Source of the DNA: Eledone cirrhosa
Taxonomy: Eukaryota
Assembly (NCBI GenBank): GCA_964016885.1
Contig: CAXHJY010001155.1
Coordinates: 124,001-188,000, forward strand
Reading direction: 5' to 3'
DNA length: 64,000 nt
Position 1 is the stretch's first letter. Each line of letters begins with the position of its first letter. Below are positions 1 to 13,496 of this stretch, piece after piece. The notes below the pieces were generated by a model. That model was not told the origin of the DNA, ran no database searches, and saw only the letters and a program-made list of their open reading frames with translations. The position numbers and the translations under genes were made by a program.

Positions 1-582
1 AAGGGATTGAGGGTTTAAAAGCTTTCAACATCTAAGATTTAGTAGCTTTTATCCCATCATTAAAATATTAAGGTGATCCCTAGAAAAACAGTAGCTTTTT
101 AATGGGTGTTTTTTTTTTAATCTAGGAAGGCACAGATGTATGCTTCAAAAGTTTATTACAAACATGCAGCTAAAGTTCAATCCCTTAACACTGCACATTC
201 GATATATCCATTTATCTAATGAAAGAAACATCCTGTAATTATTAAACTGGTGTTCGGAATATAACTTAACGGTTCTTACATAGAATTATGATGAACTTAT
301 CTTTATGATACTCCTCTACTGTTATTGCTCTCTCTCTCCTATTCTCTTGCTTTTCACAAATATTTATTGAACTTAAAAATGTTCATTTTAAATGACAAGA
401 TTCCAAATACATGTTGACAACAATTGTTTACAAGTGGTATTTGATATATCAGTAATATTTGTTATTTGAGAATCAGTGTAGTTGAACATTGTATGTCTCA
501 AAGACAGAAAATTGATAAAATAGATTAATAAAGGAATAATATTAATAATAATAATAAAAGAAGCACTACTTTATAAACCCAC

Positions 583-638
583 TTCTACACAAAATACTAA
601 ACAGTCTATTGTTTCATTCACTTTAACATCATGAGAAA
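583..638 (-). CDS. Putative exon 4 of divergent profilin-like gene (ISHDVKVNETIDCLVFCVE); may instead read on to TAA at 571
   Basis: Acceptor ...ctataatatcag| and donor |gtgggt. Its phase-1 start completes the codon left by exon 3 (A+TT=Ile). It lies in the frame of the supplied ORF 571..813. Confidence 0.35.
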
Positions 639-1802
639 CTGATATTATAGTGAGAAATATATGTGTGAGATAAGATAGTTTGATGGATAACGTGGTATAA
701 TCATAATCATCATTTAACAACCATTCTCCTTGCTCCCAAAGGTTGGACATGACATCAGCCTCATCAGTATTCAAGCAGAGGCCATGACCTTCAGATGGGT
801 ACCCAACATACAATTCAGCACTCTACTGATGGCATTTTATCATGGCACCAACACTGGAGAGGTACTCATATCTATAGCACAACTGAATAGTCCTTCTGAT
901 TCTTTGTTTGAAAAGTTTTCTAAAGCTGGATGCTCTTCCAATCACTAACCACTTTACAGAGTGTACTGGTTGCATTTATCATGTAGATCACCAACACTAG
1001 AGAGGTTGCCAGTTATTGACTCAACTGAAGAGCCAACTCTATCCTACATATACGGTGGAGTATATGTCATGGGTAGGTACCAAGTGTGGAAGGATTTAAT
1101 AGGGTGATGGGTGGTGAATTGGAGAGGAAGGGGTGACCACTAGCAATATGGGGAGTTCTGTAGACTACAAAGTGGCTATGATTGGTGGGTTTTAAAGGAG
1201 GAGATCTAAACAGGTGGTAACCCTGGATATAGTGTAGGTGTTAAGATTTAGGAGGGGTGGAGGCGATCTTAGATAGAGTAGGGATGAGAGTGTACAGTGA
1301 TTTGTGAGTGGAGCAGAGCATGAAGGGGTAGGGCTGTAGTAACTGTGAGAGTAACTACTAAGGATTGGTTTTAAAGAGGGGTGAATACATGGGTCGGGTT
1401 AGGTCAGGTTAGGTCAAGTCAAGTGTTAAGTTGGTAGCTGAGTCTTCACCAGCACATGTCACCAATTCTACAGAAATAAGTGTCACAAGAAACTGAATAT
1501 TGTAGCAAAACTTTTGTGATATCAAGATTTTGATGGATATCATGATACAAGTTTACAGAAAAAATTACATTGGCATGGCTGTACTCAGGAGTCATATTAT
1601 ACATGGGGTTGTAATTCTCATGTTGTTTCTTAGTTTCAAAAACAGGGGCCCCATCTTATACATGAATCATATTATACACAAATAAATACAGTATATAATA
1701 TGATACAAACACAAATATATAACATATTGTACTTTAAAAATATCATTATATTAAAATGATTCAGTCATACTACAATTTATTCATTGTTTCTCAGAAACTA
1801 AC

Positions 1803-1875
1803 TTATGACAAACCTTCTTTGTTGCATTTTAATATTGAATACTTCATATAAATGTTTGATGCAAATCAATAAAAC
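1803..1875 (-). CDS. Putative exon 3 of divergent profilin-like gene (VLLICIKHLYEVFNIKMQQRRFVI)
   Basis: Weak acceptor ...caatgaaag| and donor |gttagt; 73 nt open in phase 0 to 1. IKMQQRRFVI parallels the profilin LxLGGxKYxVI segment. Confidence 0.4.
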
Positions 1876-2313
1876 CTTTCATTGAATATTTCAAAAAAAC
1901 GTTTCTCGATAATATTATTCAGCTTTTAAAATTTTTCATAAATTATTTAGAAATATTGATGCCCTATTCAAGTCCAAAAAAAGAAAATAAATGTATGTAA
2001 ATGACTCTAAAAATCCCATATAATTTAAATGAATTCGCATTCTGTTAGATGTGAGGATAACTTCTTTGTTATATTAAGAATCAATAGAACTTTGTAAGCT
2101 TTATATACTGGGAGTATGATAACTGAATTCTCACACAAATAATTCATTTTATTATTATATACTTTGATATCACTGTATCAATTGTTAAAATGAAACTATA
2201 ATTTCTATTGTGGCTCAAGAAACATGATGTAAGAAAATAAATTACCTCTTTTACGGAGAAACTTTTTTTTTTTTAATGGAAAAAAATAATGAAAAAACTA
2301 TAGAAAATATCTA

Positions 2314-2605
2314 AAACATTTACCCCCATCTCCATATATGAAGACAGAATATATATTGTTTTGTTTTATTATATTTATGGATTTCTGCAATCAGAGAAGC
2401 TGCAGAGAATCAAATTCATTCTAGCAACTATAAAATAAAAAAATATTTAGAAAATGAAGAAAATTTCTAAACTTTGATCAAATTTACCCCACCATCATAT
2501 ATGAAGACAGAGTAGATATATATTGTTTTATTATATTTTTTTTGCCTTTTTTATTTGTGGAATTTTACAATCAGAAGCAGCAGAGAATCAAATTCATTCT
2601 GGTAA
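2314..2605. repeat. Diverged local tandem duplication (~165 bp period)
   Basis: tttacccc...catatatgaagacaga...gcagagaatcaaattcattct occurs at ~2318-2421 and ~2483-2600. Confidence 0.7.
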
Positions 2606-5600
2606 ATGTAACAATACTTCTTATATGATATCACTGAATGAAATAGTTTTGACTGCAGCTTACAAGAGAAGATGTTTACTACACTAACTTCAAACATACA
2701 CACCGAAAAAAAACAATAAAAAAAACAGCAAAGAAAAAATAAAACAAATAACAATACCAATCAAAACAAATATGGATAATGTAGAAAGATTTTCATCATA
2801 GTTCTTTGAGAAGGAAAGAAATATAAATAAAGAAAAATAACCAAAAATAACCCCCCCCCCCCCCCCCCGCCCAAAAACTAGTCAGAATAAAGTTATCAAT
2901 GACAGAAACCTTCTACTGAAAATGATATTTTATCTGTTGGTGAGAATGACACAAACTTGCTATTCAAAATCAATGATAAAACTTCTATGCATTGGGAGAT
3001 AACTTTGATCACCATAGAAAGAAAGAAAAAAAGTAAATAAATGCCATTTTATAGATGCAAAGTTGCTGGTACATGTAAGGTATCTTTTACATAAAATGGT
3101 AGCAGAAGTGTTACTGAGAATTCTATGTTCTCGAGATGGTCTGTCAGTGTCGTAATGAACTTTTTCCTTATATTTCAGCTGTGATATAACATTATATTGT
3201 TTCTGGTCAATGTTTGAACAATATTGCTTTATTTTATATTTTCTTTTTTGACAGACATTAAAAGGCTTCTTTCTGTGGAATATTCAATACAGAGCATTCT
3301 ATACTAGAGTTGAGAATATATATTGGTGCTTAACAAAATAGTAGTCATTATGGTGCAGGAATATCTTATAGGCACAGGCATGGTTGTGTGGTCAAAGAGC
3401 TTGCTTCTAGTTTTTGAGTCAATCCCATTCAATGGTAAAGTTGAGCAAGTATGTTATACTATACCCTCAAACTGACCAATGGTTTGTGAGTACAATTTGG
3501 TAGAAGCCAATTGTGTGTGTGTGTGTTCATGACTGTGTTTATGTCCTGTCACTTTGATAAAAAAAAACTGTTGATAAAATAAGCAACAGACTTGAAAGAA
3601 TAAGTACTGGCATTGATATAATTCAATAATTCCAGTATAGGAATAAAATAAAATGGATGTAGCCAATCAGACATGTGTTAACTTGTAAATCTAATACAAG
3701 CATTTTACAGCCAGATGCCCTACCTAGTACCAACCCGTTTAGTTGCCCATGATAGACAGGAATATAGTGTATTTATTATAAACTGGACAGACAAATCTAA
3801 TACTATGTTAAGTCTAATGTTTGACCTCTGTTGATTTTGACAAAGATTGTTCCAATTGTTTGATCAATGGAACAGCCTGCCCATGAAATTAATGTATGAT
3901 TAAAGAGCTCGCTTTGCAACCACATGACTTTTATTAAAGCTTTGGGTGTACCACAATTCAATATATGGAAAATTTGGTAAACAGAACCTGTGCATAGACC
4001 TGTCATATCATCATCATTTAATGTTTGTTATCGTTACTAGCAAGAGTTGGAAAGGTTGTCAGCAGATCAGGTTGGTAATCAATGCACAAATACTGATCCC
4101 ACAATAGGCCAAAAGGCTGCATTTTACTTACAGTCTTGCAACCTACCAACTGCTAAGACAGGCTGGTAACCCTAAACTTGTTTACATATGATCTGGCACA
4201 CTATCAAGTGCATTTTATTGCAAAATCGGCACTAGGGAGATAGTCAGGTCTTTGATGATAATCACCAACCACTTTACAAAGTGTAGTTTATCATATAAAT
4301 CACCAACACCAAGGAAATTGTCATGTCTTTGGCACAGTTAAAGAGTCCTCCTGAACCCTTGTTCTGCAAGTTTTCTATGGTTGGATGCCCTTCCTATCAC
4401 CAGAGTTTTGTGGGTGCAATTCAACACACACAAAATCTCATATTCTGAATATAGCCAATGCTGGACCAAATCTTTTCTCTTTTTCTCTGATTGTGATTAT
4501 ACATTTGTTAATGTCCAATATCTTAGTGGTTTAACACACAGAGATCGATAAAATAAGAACAAAACTTTACAATGATATGTACTGGGCTTGATATGATTGA
4601 CTGAAAAAAACCTTGAAAACAGTGCCCTAGTATGGCCATAGTCTAAAGACTAAAATCAATAAAATAAATACTCAGGTAGACAATAGAAAACAAAAGCCTA
4701 TAAAAATCATTTTTGTTTTCACTTATATTTTTTTTAGAGAAGAATTCTTTTAGAGCAGAATATTTTTTTTCTTTGGGAAAGACAAACACGGTTCCTAAAA
4801 AAGACTACAAGAACTTTTCATTGCCATAATGTTAGAAACAAAGAAACAGACAGACACAAACTGTCAGGAGACTGAAATAGTTTGAAGAATTTGCAGTAAA
4901 ATATTTGTTGTGATAATTCTTAAAACATACTCTAAAACAGAATGGAATAAAGACATTTCTTTCAGAATATATTACCATTTCTATGGTGCTAGATTTATTT
5001 TCTGTGGGAGGGGTTTAGGATGGGAGTGGGGTGGAAACATTCAGTCAAGAATTCAGAAGTATAGTGAGGTATGATGGCACAAATAAAGTTTTTTTTAAAT
5101 GGACCTTCATCAGTTTCAATAATGAGCGTTCAGTTCGATCAATGAAACAGTTTGATCATTAAACTGACATATAAATGGCTGAGAATTTCACAGAGGAATG
5201 TAGCCTTTACATAATTCTTAGATAGAATTTATGCGACACAGTGTGAGACAAGGCTGGCCTTTAAGTGAAGGTGCATGATTCCCAATCATGAGGCTGCAAA
5301 TTCGATTCCTTATGTCCTTGAGCAAGACATTTTATTTCATGTTTCTCCTTCTGCCAGGCGTTCTGACTGTTAGATAGTACTAGCAATTGGAAAGACCAAT
5401 AGAAACATTGTTTTCTTGGTCTGATTTGATGAGCACCACTCCACTTCGTAAGCGAATGAGGTCTGCGAATCTTGTCAATTAGTGATCATTCACCAGGCTG
5501 GACCTTTGAAATTAAAGATACAGACATCAAATAGACTGCAAAAATATATATATCATAGGGCTGTATATGAAAACATATTTGATATGTTTATAATAAACAA

Positions 5601-6507
5601 TCAAGTCTCAGTATGAATTTGTTTAATAGTTGTGTCTAGGGCATGACAAACTCCTTAGAGTTGGTGATCTACATAATAAATGCACCCACTACATGCTGTA
5701 AAGTGGTTGGTGATAGGACGGGCATCTAGCCATAGAAAGCTTGCCAAATGAATAGTTGGAAGAACCCTTTAGTTGTGTTAAGGACATGACAACTTCCCTA
5801 ATGTTGATGTTCTACACAATAAAAGCACCCAGTAAATGGTATAAAGTGACTGGTGTTAAAAAGGGCATCCAGACATAGAATGCTTGCCAAGGGGTTGGGA
5901 GGAGAGTATAAAATTGATTTATATCTATCTATATATATATATATACATACACACATGCAGTTGTTCTTTTTAAGTATACATTATATATGCATAACAGAAA
6001 TTTCATATGAAAGAAAGTCAATTGAACTGAAATTGTATTTAAGGTAAAATACATGATTTACTTCAAAACTAAGCAAAACCATTGAATTACATTAAGTACA
6101 TATTTTAGCAAATAGTGTTTCTATTTTTCTTCGCCTTTTTTTCATAGTTTTGTTACCGATTCTTTGATTTCTTAAATTAAAGAAATTTGAAATAATTTTT
6201 GCCAATTAATGACTTATATCAGTATTAAAATCATGTTTCTTTTCCATATAATGTCAGCTGTTCAGTTTAACACAAACAGAAAATTTCTCCACAGCAATCT
6301 AAATATTTTTAGTGTTGTTGACATTGCTTGTTTAGTTCTTGTTTCCCATTTTAAAAAAGTGTTATTAATTGGAGATTTTTCACAGCAATCGAAATACAAA
6401 TCTCAAAAGCAATAAATATATATAAACATTAAATACACAATACATAAAATTGGTTGGCAGTTGAAAGAATACATCAATAAAAACAATAGAATTGTAAGAA
6501 AACTCAC

Positions 6508-6585
6508 CTCATCATTTTTAAATCCAAAATTAAAATGTTCATGAATCAAGACAGCACAATTGTCAATACCATTTAAAGTTAGAAC
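6508..6585 (-). CDS. Internal coding exon (exon 2; VLTLNGIDNCAVLIHEHFNFGFKNDE)
   Basis: Strong acceptor gtctttctttttcag| and donor GAG|gtgagt; 78 nt open in phase 0-0, in unique sequence. Confidence 0.7.
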
Positions 6586-6749
6586 CTGAAAAAGAAAGAC
6601 ATCAAAAGTAATGTCATTTCATTGAAATGAACAAAATATATTAGCTGATCCCTGTGGAAATTCTATAGTTTAATTTGAAACAACCAAGGAGTAGAGATTA
6701 ATATGACATTTTAAATGTTTTATTTATGAGTATATATATATATATATCC

Positions 6750-7552
6750 ATACTTGAATGGCAACGCATAAATAAGCTGCAAGAGAAATTAGTCATACGA
6801 GGGATCAGATGCAGTGTGCAAAAGAGGAGATTGCATGGGTATGAACATGTGATGCATATGAAGGATGACAGCTGTACAAAAAGGTGCAGAGCACTCAAAG
6901 TTGATGGAAGCTATGGAGTGGGCAGGCTTAGGAAGACTTGGGATGAGGTGATAAAGGCTGACCTTGCACAACTGCACCTCTCAGGACCATGATCTCTGGA
7001 GCTATGCGGTAATACAGAAGATCTGCCCTCCCACATGCAGGAGCTGAAGCATCCATACACCTCCCTAGCTGTAATCACCCCACCCCTATATCTACTTCCT
7101 CCATTCCTCATGCATCTCCCTCACCCAAGTCCCCAATCCGCACCATAATAAAGTCATCCTGGAGCCACAACAATAAGCACCCAGTCCATACTGTAAAGTG
7201 GTTGTGTTGATGACAACAAAAAGTGACCAGCCCCAACTGCAAAGTGGTTGTGTAAGTGTCATGACAAAAAGCACCCAACACACACCATAAAGCAGTTGTG
7301 TAGGAGTCACGATAAAAAGCACCAAGCCCAGACTGTAAAGTGGTCATGCAGCGGTCATGTAGGTGTCACAACAAAAATCACCCAGTACTCACTGTAAATA
7401 TGGTTGGCATTAGGAAGGGCAGCCAGCTGTAGAAACCAAGCCAAATCAGTTCTGTGTGAACAAAATACGGACTTCCAACCTGGTCGTTTCTCAATGAGAG
7501 AGCGCGTTCTATCCTTGGTAGTGTGGAAAATGGATATTAAACAATGATGATG
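6750..7552 (+). mobile_element. 5'-truncated RTE-type LINE 3' fragment with repeat-containing 3' UTR and (GAT)n tail
   Basis: Translation ...IRGIRCSVQKRRLHGYEHVMHMKDDSCTKRCRALKVDGSYGVGRLRKTWDEVIKADL matches the copies at 10.8 and 12.9 kb and the RTE RLRWYGHV...GRPRKTW C-terminus. Confidence 0.85.
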
Positions 7553-7554
7553 AT

Positions 7555-7850
7555 ATAATACAGATGTATATGAAGATATATATATAATATGCTTATATAC
7601 AATAAACATATGGGTAGCCTTGCTGCTGAAGAAAAATATTTTTTTGTAATGAAACAAAAAAAATTTTCTTTTCTCTATTTTCCTTGGTGAATATATCACA
7701 GAGTTACTAGTATGTTCTAACAGGAAAATACAGAGAAATAAAATTTTTCCTGTTTCATTACAAAAAAATATTTTTATTTGGCAGTGTGGCTACCCATATG
7801 TTTATTGTGTATAAATGTATTATATATGTTTTTATATACATCTCTATTAT
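7555..7850. repeat. Diverged inverted repeat (~135 bp arms), probable Penelope-like terminus
   Basis: caataaacatatgggtagcc...tttttgtaatgaaaca is mirrored by tgtttcattacaaaaa...ggctacccatatgtttattg. Confidence 0.7.
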
Positions 7851-8831
7851 GCTTAAATGCTGTATTAGTGCTACCACCAATTTATATATATATATTTATA
7901 ATTTTCTCTCACAACCCCACCCAGCAACAGTATAATAGTAAACCTAACTCAACCAAGACCCACCACATTTAGCCACAAAACACTAATTTTATTATAATGA
8001 AACAATGTCCACCACCAAATAATTCATGTCTAATCAACAAAAACTGAAACCCATAACCAAGAAATAAAACAAAACCAAATATTTAACTCCTCAAAGATAG
8101 GCAATAACACAATATAAACCAACCCACTATACTGGTACTAAGAGGACAAACTTCAACAAGTTACAATTACACAATATATCCAGTTTCCATTAAAGGTTGT
8201 GGCTACTGGATAAATTAGCACCATATGCTCTGAAGAGTACTGAATCATAAAATTACTAAACCATAAACACACAACCATTATACTCAATGGCTGTCATCCA
8301 CATATCCCAAAATCCTCTGTCCACCAAGAAAATAAAGTTAAACAAAAATTAACTAAAACCTGAAACAGTCATTTCATAAACCTAGTAAAGAAACATAATT
8401 CATAAATCATTAAATTCAGAACTAGCAATTAAACGAATTTAACAAAACCATTGCTAGAATCCCAATACATTAAATTCAATATTCCAACCAAAAAGCTTTA
8501 GAAATAAAATCAGAACTGGAAACTAAAATGTATGAACAGAACTAAACTTATAAATTTATTATATCTATAACTGTCAAACATTCAACCATCATGCTGCCAC
8601 CAGCCAGAAGACATGAGTGCACTGGATCGCCTTCCTTTACACACTTAAAAATATATTTGTGGTAAAGGCTTTACTTCACATAATTATCTCACATAATATT
8701 GAATTGATGGGATTTTGTTATTCATTTTGAGAACCATAACTTAACATCAGAATGAGCTGCTGGTTACAGTCAGATACAGCTGGTTTAAATGCTAAAGGGT
8801 CAAGCTGCGAATAAGCATAACACACATAAAA

Positions 8832-9236
8832 ATGAATAAATGATTGTTTCTACTTTTGGCACAAGGCCAGCAATTACCCAGTGCATTACTGGTACTGTAT
8901 TTTATCGACCCTGTAAGGATGAAAGGCAAAGTTAACCTCGGCGGGATTCAAACTCAGAATGGCAAGGGCCGTAACTCTATGCGTCAAAGCATAGCGTCCG
9001 ACCCTCTATCGATACTGCCAATCCACCGCATGAATAAATAATTGTTTCTACTTTTGGCACAAGGGCAGCAATTACCCAGTGCATTACTGGTACTTTATTT
9101 CATCGACCCCGTGAGGATGAAAGGCAAAGTTAACCTCGGCGGGATTTGAACTCAGAATGGCAAGGGACGTAACTATGCGTCAAAGCATGGCGTCCGAGCC
9201 TCTACCGATACTGCCAATCAACCGCATGAATAAATA
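8832..9236 (-). mobile_element. Head-to-tail dimer of a tRNA-derived SINE (family A)
   Basis: Two ~190 bp copies with B-box-like gagttcaaatcc and central gcctttcatcct...ggtcgat (Meta-domain-like, from memory). The motif atgaataaat flanks and separates them at 8832, 9030 and 9226. Confidence 0.85.
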
Positions 9237-9947
9237 ATGAGCTATAGTTATCGCCCATAATTTATCAAACATAAAACAATTAACCATCTGCACCCAACCC
9301 TTGAAACATTATGCAGGGTGGGCCAAAAGTCACTTCTTACTTATCTTTATTAATAAAATATTACAAATTAACTCAAAACTAATTTTTTTTATCTTTAAAT
9401 TAAATTTCATAATTGGATCTTGTTTTTATTCAACTTTAATCTGAAAGAAAAAAATATTTTAATGATAAAAAAAATGATGAATTTTTTTTTAATAGGAAGT
9501 GACTTTTATAGATATTATGCAACCCTCCCTGTATAATATCTATAACAACACAGAAAGACAGACATGCACACGACAAAAATAGAACTATCTGACAGGATTA
9601 GTAAAAAAAAATTTCTGCATTGCTGAAACTACCACCTCCACTATCCCCACTTTCTCTCTCTTTCACATACACATACACACCTATCATCACTGTTCCAGTG
9701 TGACTGACATTTTACATGAAATATACAGCAGCTTTAATATAACAGATTTGTCTAAATAGAAGAATACAATGCAATAATAATACACTGAACATAAGCACAG
9801 TCATCCCTGTGGGGCTAAAGAGTTTGCTTCACAACAATGTCATTACACATTCAATCCTACAGCCCTAGGTTGACCAATGTCATGTGAGTGAGATTTGGTA
9901 GACAAAAAATGTGTAGAAGCTTGTCATATATATATATATATATATAT

Positions 9948-10113
9948 ATATTGTTATACTTGGGGAGGGTCATATTTGTGTAATAATATTGCCAGAATTA
10001 ATAACAGAACACACTCACTGTTTGATTGGTTATGTTCTGTTATTTGGTGTGTTCTGTTATTAATTCTGGCAATATTATTACACAAATATGACCCTCCCCA
10101 AGTATAACAATAT
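9948..10113. repeat. Perfect palindrome, 67 bp arms, 32 nt loop, abutting (TA)n
   Basis: 9948-10014 is the exact reverse complement of 10047-10113. Confidence 0.9.
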
Positions 10114-10325
10114 TTGTTTCGACACACGATTTCATATCAAAAGCCTCGCAAAACTATATATATATATATATACACAAGATTCTACACATTTTTCCTACAC
10201 ACACACATATATATATATACATACATATATATATATATATGTGTAGTTGACAGCTGTGAGAAAGGAGTACTCAATATCGTAGAGTAGAGTTTTAATGTTC
10301 ATTTTATTAAGGCTAAATAGTGAGT

Positions 10326-10373
10326 CTTGTTACTCTGTAGTTTGTTCTGTTTATCACAGTGTCATCAGACAAG
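10326..10373 (-). ncRNA. Degenerate minimal type I hammerhead-like motif
   Basis: cttgt-CTGATGA-ca-ctgt-gataa-acag-aa-CAAA-ct-acag-ag-TA-acaag; helix I has 5 bp, GAAA is changed to CAAA. Confidence 0.55.
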
Positions 10374-10375
10374 AA

Positions 10376-10423
10376 CTTGTCGGATGAACCTATGAAAAAT
10401 AGGTGAAACACCAGAGTAACAAA
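10376..10423 (+). ncRNA. Minimal type I hammerhead-like motif (Penelope-type)
   Basis: ttgt-CGGATGA-acctat-gaaaa-ataggt-GAAA-c-accaga-g-TA-acaa; all three helices present, one core change (U4 to G). Confidence 0.65.
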
Positions 10424-10457
10424 ACTCACTATTTAGCTTTAATAAAATGTTTATATA

Positions 10458-11620
10458 TCATCATCATCACCGTTTTACGTCCGTTCTTCCACGCTAGCAT
10501 GGGTTAGACGGGTTGTCCTGTTGTGGGCACTGTCTGGTCAGCTGACCATGCCTTGCTCAAACAGGAACTAATTTGGCTTGATTTCTACAGCTGGATGCCC
10601 TTCCTAACACCAACCTCATTTACAGTGAGTGCTGGGTGCTTTTTCGTGGCACCTACACGTCCACTTTACAGTGTGGGCTGGGTGCTTTTTTGCCGTGGCA
10701 CCTCCACGACCACCTTGCAGTGGATGGGTGTGGGGGCATATTGTCAATATGCTTCAGCTTGTACCCATGGGAGGTCGAGTACTCTTTACTGCGTGACGCC
10801 AGAGGTCACGGTCGTGTGTCATCGCCTTTCAGAGGTGTAATTGGGTAAGGTCGGCTTTTATCACCTCATTCCAGGTCATCTTGGGTCTCCCCACTCCGCG
10901 GTTTCCATCGACTTCTAGTGCTCTGCACCTTTTTATGCAGCTGTCATCCTTCATACGCATCACATGTCCATACCAACGCAACCGCCTCTCCTGCACACAG
11001 CATTTGATTCCTCTTATGCTCAGTCTCTCTCTCAATTCATTTATGCTTTGTCGTTCGCGTATATTACTATTACACATCCATCGGAGCATGCAGGCTTCGT
11101 TTCTCTCTAATCTACGTAAGTCTTCCACCTTCAGCGCCCAGGTCTCACTACTATGTAACATTGCTGTTCGGATACACGCATCATACAATCTGCCTTTCAT
11201 TTTGAGGGAGAAGCCTTTTGCAGCTAGCAGTGGTAGTAGTTCCCTGAACTTCTTCCATCCCGTTCTTACCCTAGTTATTGTATTTTCTGAACACCCACCT
11301 CTGCTGCTAATTCGGTCACCTAGGTAGCAGAAGCTGTCTACTGTTTCTACATAGCCCTCCCAGAGATTGGTGGTACTTGTTTCCTGTGGCTGTTTGCTGC
11401 TTGCTGTCCCAGTACAGCTGCTGCATGTGAAGCCTACATTCTTAATTAAGCTTCCTGAGATCCCGCTACATCTCTTATGTACCCATTGTTTGCATTTGGG
11501 GCAGAGAATGGAGTTTCTACCTACACCTTTCCTACATACTGGGCAAAGCCATTTCCCTGAGGGGATCTGGGTTCTGTTTTCTCGTCTACTTACAAGGACC
11601 TTAGTCTTTGTCATGTTGAC
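10458..11620 (-). mobile_element. 5'-truncated RTE-type LINE; RT C-terminal ORF (10829-11614) with PHD-type zinc finger
   Basis: 261 aa open frame: KTKVL, C-x2-C...C-x2-C-x2-WVHKRC...C-x2-C, VDSFCYLGDRI, SETWAL, RRLRWYGHVMR, GRPKMTW; 3' UTR ends in a (GAT)n tail. Confidence 0.9.
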
Positions 11621-12517
11621 TTTATATATATATATGTATATATATATATTTATATATATATATATTATATATATATTTATATATATATATATTATATATA
11701 TTTATATATATATATATATATTTATATATTTATATATATATATATGAGATCGAGATCGAGATCATGTAGGTGTCGCAAGAAAAAAACACAGTCCACGCTG
11801 TAATGTGGCCGTGTATGTAACATGGTAAAAAGTTCCCAGTTTCACTCAGATAGTCCTATATGAGCGAGACATGGTCACCCGACCAACCTTGCCTCAAGTG
11901 GGACAACTCCCGTCTAACCCATGCTAGCATGGAAAATGGACGTTAAACGAAGATGATGATGATGATATATATGTGCTCCTACTTGGTTGAGCTGTTAATA
12001 TGTTGAGAGGTTAGGCTGCTATTTCTAGTTGTCATGGAACCTTTTCTTGTCACTGCAAATGACGACCGTGTACGTTGGTTTTTATAATACTATGTGCTTC
12101 TCTCATCGTTTTCGGTTCTGTATGTTAACAGGTGTAAGTTCAGATAGATCGATACCCTCACTATATCCAGTTCAATTATTTAACTGCACCAATATTTGGT
12201 GAAGGATTCATATGAGAGAGATATATATGATTTTTAACGGGTATCTATATTTAAATTTTTTGTTAAATTTTAATATGATACTGTAATGAAATATGTGTTC
12301 TTACATTCTATACAGATTGTCTCTTGTTAAAGTTTGATATGTCCTATTGTACATTTATATCATTAGATATATATGTATGTATATATGTCATTCACTATTA
12401 TGTAATGATTCAATGCTCAGATTTATTCTTTGAATTTTTTCTTTCAGCTTATTTTGAGAGACAAGACACAGGTTCGAGATTATCTCAAACATGACATCTA
12501 TAACTTTGAATGTAATA

Positions 12518-13458
12518 TCATCATCATCATCATCGTTTAACGTCCATCTTCCACGCTTGCATGGGTTTGGACGGGAGTTTTCCCACTTGAGGCAAGATTT
12601 GTTGTCCTGCTCGTATAGGACTGTCTGGTGGGTTTTCTACCGCTTGATGCCTTTCCTAACACCAACCACATTTACAGTGTGGACTGGGAGGATTTTACCG
12701 TGTTACTTACACGGCCACATTACAGCGTGGAATGTGCGTTTTTTTGTCGTGACACATACACAACGTCACTTGTTTCGGACTGGGTGTTGTGGTACCAACA
12801 TAACTTCACATTTAAGGGGTTGGTGTGGATGGGGTGGGGGTAGTGGGACGGGGCGTATTTTGTTAGAGGTGCCTACTGACTGTAGGTTTCGCTTTGTACT
12901 TAGGCAAGGCGGGTCTTCTGTATGACTGTGTAGTGCCAAAGATCTCGGTCCAGTGACATTGTCTTGGAAAGGTGTAAGTGTGTGAGGTCGGAATTTATCA
13001 AGTCGTCCCAGGTTTTTCTGGGTCTGCCTACTCCGTGGCTACCGTCTATCTTTATTGCCCTGCACTTTTTTATACAGCTGTCGTCTTTCATGTGCATCAC
13101 GTGACCGTACCAACGTAGTCTTCTCTCGAGTAAACAACATCTGACCCCTCTTATTCTTAATTTCACCCTTAGTTCATTTATGCTTTGCCGTTCACGTATA
13201 TTACTAATACACATCCAGCGAGCATGCACGCTTCGTTTCTCTCCAGTCTGCGTATATCCTCTGTACACAATGCCCAGGTCTCACTGCCATGTAACATTGC
13301 TGTTCGTATGCAGGCATCATACAGCCTGCCTTTCATTTTTAGAGAGAACTCTTTAGCGGCTCTCTGAACATTTTCCATCCCTTTCTGACTCTAGCTACTG
13401 TACTTTCAGAGCACCCTCCCCCACTGCTGATTTTGTCACCCAGTTAACGGAAGGTGTA
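12518..13458 (-). mobile_element. 5'-truncated RTE-type LINE fragment, frameshifted, same family as 10.5-11.6 kb
   Basis: KGRLYDACIRTAMLHGSETWAL...RRLRWYGHVMHMKDD...GRPRKTW split over two frames; (GAT)n tail. Confidence 0.88.
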
Positions 13459-13496
13459 ATATATATATATACATCATCATCATTCATCATTTCATT

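Noticed and set aside
7860-8580. Penelope GIY-YIG coding remnant
   Set aside because: Only a hint (LLESQYIKF) amid many stops; insufficient without a profile search.
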